Origin: a bacterium
Lineage (GTDB): Bacteria > UBA10199 > 2-02-FULL-44-16 > JAAZCA01
Assembly: GCA_963674695.2 (NCBI GenBank)
Contig: CAXXGI010000002.1
Coordinates: 800,001 to 864,000 of the forward strand
Direction: 5' to 3'
Length of the DNA: 64,000 nt
Below the pieces are notes generated by a model. That model worked only from the letters and a program-made list of their open reading frames with translations. It made no database searches and was not told the origin of the DNA. Shown here in pieces: positions 58,603 through 64,000 of this stretch. A program made the position numbers and the translations under genes. How positions within the stretch are numbered: position 1 is the stretch's first letter; each line of letters starts with the position of its first letter.

Positions 58603-58630
58603 TTATCGTCCAGCGGGGTTGAAAAGTTGT
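58603..58630 (-). promoter_or_regulatory. Putative sigma28-like promoter
   Basis: ACAACTTTT-N11-GACGATAA on minus strand. Confidence 0.5.
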
Positions 58631-58766
58631 CTAAAAATGTGTTTTTCATTCTCCATGCAGTGCATGTCGACCAAAAATGGTTCTCAGATTGAGAATGTTC
58701 TTGCAGAATGAAAGGGGGTGCATATGGATATTTCTATAAAAACATGGGGTTAAGGTGTATCGCTAT

Positions 58767-58782
58767 TGGCATGAAGATTGCT
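58767..58782 (+). promoter_or_regulatory. Sigma54 (-24/-12) promoter
   Basis: TGGCATGAAGATTGCT; AT-rich tract and TTCTCAGATTGAGAA near-palindrome upstream. Confidence 0.75.
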
Positions 58783-58831
58783 ATGTAATTGAATGCTCTT
58801 TAAGGGGTGGGGCATCGACGAGGAGATGCCC

Positions 58832-61800
58832 ATGATTGTTCGTCTTCTGAAGTGTCGTTACGGAAAACTCCTTTCAATTGTCATCATCACCGCGTTTGTT
58901 GCTCAACCCGCCTTTGCTGGAATTACGACGAAGGGCACCGCAGTTAAACGTGCACGATCCACAATCATCAAAGCCAATTCCAAACCATCCTTTCGGGAGC
59001 CAGACGGCATCATCCGCTCGGATTGCGACCTGAAGGGGTTGTATCTGTCGCTCCTGTCGGATCTTGAACAAAAGCTGCGGCAGGAAGGTGCTGACTCCGG
59101 CTATGGGCTACCGTATGTGACATGTGCATCGGAACTGAAGGCGGTGCATGAGTCGGTCGATGATGACACGTCAGCGTTTATGGCCGATTTGAGCAATCAG
59201 TGTACTCTGCTCGATACGTGTACAGGAGCGAATTCGTATCTGCTGCAGTCAGAGCCACGTGTAAGCGAGCGGCGATCCTGTATGTCATTGTACGATGACT
59301 ACATGCATAACCAGGAGATGGTGGCACGTTTGAATGCGTTCACTCATGATATTCAGGTTGCCCTCAAGGAGAAGCTCTCCTCCGTTTCCCTTGGATATGG
59401 GAGCTGCAATGTTGTCCGCGACAGCTTCATTGCTCGCGAAGTGACGGTGCGTTCCATTCAGCAGCGTTTGCAGGATCGACAAGCCATCTGCACTGAGGAA
59501 AACCTTCTTTCCCGGGAATGGCATTATCGCAACTCGTGTCGGTACTCATGTGATAATCGAATCTGGCGAGATCACGTGGATACGAGGGTAAGAGAGATGT
59601 GTGCTCCGGAAAGGCAGTGCCGAAAAGAGTGGAACAAGATCGTGTGTACATATGATTGGTACTATATTCCCGGTGAAGAATCGTCGAACACGGTCGTATT
59701 GGATAATGGCCAGGCGGGTTTGATTCGAGAGGCAGAAGAACCTGCGTCGGATGAGAAGAAAATGGAAGTACCTCCTGAAGTGAGAGCGAAGCAGTGCAAG
59801 GAATTGCTCGAACGCGCCAAGGCGAGATTGATGATGCAGATATCAAGCGAACCGAATCCAGCGGATGTCATCGGTGCATGGACGTATTCGGGCCTCACTG
59901 ACGGGACGAAGAAGGTCGTGAGGGGTGCATTGCGTGCACTGAATCAGGCTATTCATGTGTTGGATGAGCAGGATCCACGGTACGATTTCAATCTGATTCG
60001 TGAGTCCCGGATGTATGCGCGCTATCGCTCCGTGTTGGGCAGCGATGTCCAGCTTGTTCCCGCGGATATGGCATCCGCAATCGTGAGGGCTGTCGTGAGA
60101 AAATCGTATCTCAATCGGTACGCGCAGATCCCCGTGGAGCGTTCGGAAGCCAAAGTTGAACAATATCGAGCTCACATCAACGATGAAGTGTTCTCGGTTA
60201 TCGTCTCTGATCTCGTTTTGGGATTCATTCCAAATGATGCGCTGACGCTGCTGACCGGTGTGCAGGATGAATGCCCTAGAAGTATGGTGGTGGATGGTGT
60301 CTGCTCTTCGGTGTCGTTCGATGGGAATGAAACGACGGGGCTGAAGGGCTTTGTTGAATCGGTGCGGCTGGGACGCGCGAAGGAGTGGTGGAAGGCGGCT
60401 TACATCAGGTGGATCAACAAGAAGGGCGTTTCGGTTGGTCGGGGGCCGTTCGATGCCGGGGGGCAGCTGCGGCGAAAATATGATCTGATCGCCGAAAGGG
60501 TGTATCGATCATTCCATGTGGGTGCGGGTGATGGTGCGACTGCAAGAGGTGATGCACAGGAAGGATTCTATCACGTCGAGCGGTTTTCAGATGTCATTAT
60601 TCTCTCTCCCATCAATCATATGTCGGCAGAAGCCATATCATATTTCAACGATCATATGGAGGATTGGAAGCGGTTCCCCGAACTCTGGGAAAAGCTCAGG
60701 ATGATCCTGTGTGGTGAGGTCGACAGGCAAAGGCCGACGCTCGATTCCGAGACAGAATTCGTGAGCGATGGTTCGCATAGGGCCGATTCTCGGTTTCGGG
60801 TGGTTGCTTCGCATATTCTCGATCTCATTATCGCAAATGCATATGCGGAAGAGTCAGAGACGTTTTTGTCTCAACAACAAATCGATATGATAAAGCAGAA
60901 TGCGGGTACGGCGGCGATCAATCTTCGTCTTTTGCGCGAGAGTGGCGCGTTCGGGTCTGCGGATGCAAAGACATTTGTAGACTCTGCTATTGGAGTGTTT
61001 GAGGGAATGGCTGATGGGATCTACGATTATGATTTGGAAAACACCGACATCAAGGATCTTGATGCTGCTCTCGGCATTAACCGGAGTGGTGAGATAACGA
61101 TAGACCCGGAAGCACTGAATGATGAAGACGTGATGACCGGTGTTGCGGCCCATGAACTGGGCCATTCCTATCTGGATGGCGAAGACCATCAGTTCGATTT
61201 CAATATTCAGGCCGTAAAGGAAGGGCTCTGCAATTTATTGGACTTCATCTATCAGCTTGTTTCGACGGGATCGATGTCAAATCGCACGAATGCCGATGCG
61301 CTGGTAAGCGCGCTGCGAAATCCAAACAGTTCCATCTATGATCTGTTGGCGTGGTCAATGACAGACTATTATAGAACATCGGCCGTTGACTTCGAGAGTG
61401 CGCGAGAAGCGGCTCTTCAAGGATTCCCTCAAGTCAAACCGGATACGGTATATGATGACCCTGCAACTGATGATCAGAAAAAGTATAATGAACAGCTCGA
61501 GCATCAAGTGGAGCCTCCTGACTATACCGATCCAGATGATGTCGAGCCGTCTGATGGAGGAAAAAAGCCGGTAAAGCTGTCTGACGGAAGGGTGGCGTTT
61601 GCGGATGATGACGCAACGGAATGGACGCCAAGATGTGTCATCAGTTTTGACGAACAGCTTCTCGAGGGGGAGATCGATCGCGATGATTCTCAAGAGCGAA
61701 TGGACCGGGAGATGAATCCGGAAGAAATGCCGGAAGGTCTGGACGATCCCCACCGGCGTCCGGATGCAGGCGCCAAGGACCCGTTTGGCGGTGCAGATCC

Positions 61801-62470
61801 GCATGATCGACGGGCGCCGGATGAAGACAAGGGTGACAACCGAGATGATGGGCGTGGGGGAAAGAGAGAGCATCATTCGAGCTATGTTCCAAACACCGGA
61901 AATAGCGGTGGCGGTGGTGGTGATGGTGCTCCGGGAAGTACGTCGCCGAGCGGTTCCGTTCATCATGACAATAATGGCGATACCGATAAAGATGATGATG
62001 CAAACGGCGACAATTCGAATGGCAGCTCTGGGGGCGATTCGTTGGATACTGCTTCAGCAACAGTTGAGACCATCTATCCTGATGGAACGACACATATCGA
62101 TGTTATCCCCCCGAGTGATGATGGCGATGACGATGATGATCCGGATGGTTCCGGCCATGGTGTTCCGGGGAGCAATCCGGATCCCTGGGGACCGAACTCC
62201 AACATGGACAGGGGTGATTTTCTCGGAACCGTCTATGTTCCCACCAACGATGGCGATGGAGATGATGGTGGGGGTTATGATCCGGGGGTATTTATCGAAT
62301 CTCTGGGAGGGTATTTTTATCCGGCGGATCCGGATGAGGATTTTGGAGACTTTGGCGGCGGTGTGTTCATTCAGATCGGTCGTGAACTCGTTCCGGCAGA
62401 CCCCACCGACGACGATGGAGGTGGGGTCGATGGCGGCGTGTTTCACGGTTCAGCGCGTACCGCTCAGTAG
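58832..62470 (+). CDS. Large secreted Cys-rich protein with HExxH domain and acidic C-terminal tail
   Basis: GAGGAG RBS; signal peptide AFA; AHELGHSY ... KEG; D/G-rich tail. Confidence 0.75.
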   Translation: MIVRLLKCRYGKLLSIVIITAFVAQPAFAGITTKGTAVKRARSTIIKANSKPSFREPDGIIRSDCDLKGLYLSLLSDLEQKLRQEGADSGYGLPYVTCASELKAVHESVDDDTSAFMADLSNQCTLLDTCTGANSYLLQSEPRVSERRSCMSLYDDYMHNQEMVARLNAFTHDIQVALKEKLSSVSLGYGSCNVVRDSFIAREVTVRSIQQRLQDRQAICTEENLLSREWHYRNSCRYSCDNRIWRDHVDTRVREMCAPERQCRKEWNKIVCTYDWYYIPGEESSNTVVLDNGQAGLIREAEEPASDEKKMEVPPEVRAKQCKELLERAKARLMMQISSEPNPADVIGAWTYSGLTDGTKKVVRGALRALNQAIHVLDEQDPRYDFNLIRESRMYARYRSVLGSDVQLVPADMASAIVRAVVRKSYLNRYAQIPVERSEAKVEQYRAHINDEVFSVIVSDLVLGFIPNDALTLLTGVQDECPRSMVVDGVCSSVSFDGNETTGLKGFVESVRLGRAKEWWKAAYIRWINKKGVSVGRGPFDAGGQLRRKYDLIAERVYRSFHVGAGDGATARGDAQEGFYHVERFSDVIILSPINHMSAEAISYFNDHMEDWKRFPELWEKLRMILCGEVDRQRPTLDSETEFVSDGSHRADSRFRVVASHILDLIIANAYAEESETFLSQQQIDMIKQNAGTAAINLRLLRESGAFGSADAKTFVDSAIGVFEGMADGIYDYDLENTDIKDLDAALGINRSGEITIDPEALNDEDVMTGVAAHELGHSYLDGEDHQFDFNIQAVKEGLCNLLDFIYQLVSTGSMSNRTNADALVSALRNPNSSIYDLLAWSMTDYYRTSAVDFESAREAALQGFPQVKPDTVYDDPATDDQKKYNEQLEHQVEPPDYTDPDDVEPSDGGKKPVKLSDGRVAFADDDATEWTPRCVISFDEQLLEGEIDRDDSQERMDREMNPEEMPEGLDDPHRRPDAGAKDPFGGADPHDRRAPDEDKGDNRDDGRGGKREHHSSYVPNTGNSGGGGGDGAPGSTSPSGSVHHDNNGDTDKDDDANGDNSNGSSGGDSLDTASATVETIYPDGTTHIDVIPPSDDGDDDDDPDGSGHGVPGSNPDPWGPNSNMDRGDFLGTVYVPTNDGDGDDGGGYDPGVFIESLGGYFYPADPDEDFGDFGGGVFIQIGRELVPADPTDDDGGGVDGGVFHGSARTAQ

Positions 62471-62664
62471 GGGGGCAAAGGCGGTTTGGCGTCGAAATTG
62501 AGGGAGATAATCATAATCAAAATGCTTGCCAGGGGAGGGGGGTCCTCACCCCCTGGCCGCAGAGGCCCTGTGATCGCTGAATAAACGGGGTGTCGCTATT
62601 CTCTTCGTGAGGAGCGTTTCAACCCGTTTTTCCGTGTGCTATAATAACGCCATTGGAGGGGGGG

Positions 62665-64000
62665 ATGCGCACACGAAATCTATCCATCATATGTTTCTTC
62701 CTTCTGTTCCTCGCCTCCTGTGGGACCGGGCCGATGGAGCCCTCCGAAGGGGAGACGACGGTCACGATTGGTGCCGGTCAATCGCTCGGCGGTGGAAGCG
62801 CTGGGCTCTCTGCTGAAGTCGATGTCAATTCCAGTTTTACCGCAACGTTCTCTGCGCCGGTCGATATCTCGACGGTTCATGCCGGGACGTTTTTTGTCAT
62901 GCAGGCGGCCAGTGCCGGTGCTTCGGTAAAGGCGATGAGCGTATCGTGTGACCCCGCGCTCGCGATTGAAGGGGTGGTCACCTGTGCAGACGATGCGCTT
63001 TCCTGTACGCTCGATCCGAGTGATGCGCTGAGCGCTTCGGCCGATCACCATTGTTGCCTGACCTCCGACATCCGTTTCCAAAACCCTTCGGTCTTCGGAT
63101 ATTTTGACGGCGTGTCGATGAGCTTTCGAACGGCTGCTGCACAGGAGGAAGAGGAGGACGCGGATGAGACGGCGCCTACGGTCGCAGATGGCAGTGTTGC
63201 GGCGAGCAATCCGAGCACCACGACGATGGATCTGGCCTGGGTTGCCGCGAGCGACGACATAACAGCGTCAGCGGATTTGCTCTACCTCGTGTCGTATTCG
63301 GAGACCGCTTCGCTCGATACGCTTGCCGATATCGAGGCCAACGGGACGGCGTTCGGAGTGTTCGCAGCGGGGGTGACCTCGACGACCGTCACAGGGCTCA
63401 TTCAGAACACGGCCTATACCTTCAACGTCGTCGTCAAAGATGAGGCGGGAAACAAAGCGATCTACACGCCGGCGACCGGAACGACCCAGCGGGATACGAC
63501 TGGCGGGCCGAGCATTACGAACGGTACCATCGCTGCTTCGGGTGCGACGATGACGAGCATCGATCTGGCCTGGAGCGCCGCGACGGATGATTTTGATGCG
63601 GCCGGCGATCTGCTCTATCGCGTCTATCATTCGACGAGCAACGATCTCGACTCCGTTGCGAACATCGAGGCTAATGGAACGGCGTTTGGCGCAACGGCTG
63701 CGGGGCTGACCGGAACGACGGTTACGGGGCTCTCCTCCGGCACGACCTATTTCTTCAATGTGATCGTCGAGGACTCCGACGGCAACAAGGCCAGCTACAC
63801 GACGGTTTCCGAAGAGACGTTGGGTGATACAACGGCCCCGACGCTCGGATCCGGGATCTCCTTTTCGCTCGCGTCGCCGGTCGGCACGCAGGTGAGCTGG
63901 GGTGCAGCGACCGACGGCGTGTCGGATGCATCCGCCCTCCAGTATAAAGTGGTTCGCGCTGCGACCAGTGCCGAGATCGATTCGGTGGCTGAGGCCGATG
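62665..64000 (+). CDS. Lipoprotein with Ig-like and fibronectin type III repeats (runs off window)
   Basis: Read manually: MRTRNLSIICFFLLFLASC lipobox; repeats DLAW.AA.DD....DLLY, TVTGL...T.Y.FNV.V.D..GN; TATAAT and GGAGG upstream. Confidence 0.85.
   Translation, partial: MRTRNLSIICFFLLFLASCGTGPMEPSEGETTVTIGAGQSLGGGSAGLSAEVDVNSSFTATFSAPVDISTVHAGTFFVMQAASAGASVKAMSVSCDPALAIEGVVTCADDALSCTLDPSDALSASADHHCCLTSDIRFQNPSVFGYFDGVSMSFRTAAAQEEEEDADETAPTVADGSVAASNPSTTTMDLAWVAASDDITASADLLYLVSYSETASLDTLADIEANGTAFGVFAAGVTSTTVTGLIQNTAYTFNVVVKDEAGNKAIYTPATGTTQRDTTGGPSITNGTIAASGATMTSIDLAWSAATDDFDAAGDLLYRVYHSTSNDLDSVANIEANGTAFGATAAGLTGTTVTGLSSGTTYFFNVIVEDSDGNKASYTTVSEETLGDTTAPTLGSGISFSLASPVGTQVSWGAATDGVSDASALQYKVVRAATSAEIDSVAEAD

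Overview
GC-rich bacterial chromosome segment; the gene order (ispE-spoVG-tRNA-Gln-prs-rplY-pth; rpsF-rpsR-DUF2232-rplI-dnaB) and a MYXO-CTERM-like protein suggest a delta-proteobacterial lineage (inference). Bases 1-38.6 kb are mostly core genome: aminotransferase end, class II FBP aldolase, TPR and LolB-like lipoproteins, an Opp/Dpp ABC transporter, patatin-xseA-xseB-ispA-yjbQ followed by a form IV RuBisCO-like protein, surface proteins, an arginine-synthetase-like ATPase, ribosomal/replication genes, rdgB and tRNA-Gln/Pro/Arg. From tRNA-His (41.1 kb) onward lies an accessory region of mixed composition. Best leads: (1) an integrase-free tandem array of 1-2 gene cassettes downstream of tRNA-His, separated by 5-6 copies of an att-like repeat whose four best copies start with the tRNA 3' end; (2) a Chlorobium-type RuBisCO-like protein plus YjbQ at the position where dxs commonly follows xseA-xseB-ispA, a candidate DXS-bypass module; (3) a sigma28-like promoter motif with near-fixed spacing before five orphan or accessory genes; (4) MITEs with IS1182-like ends carrying different REP cargo; (5) tRNA-linked repeats whose first 10 nt are antisense to their own tRNA's T-arm. 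All homology calls come from motif recognition, not database searches.
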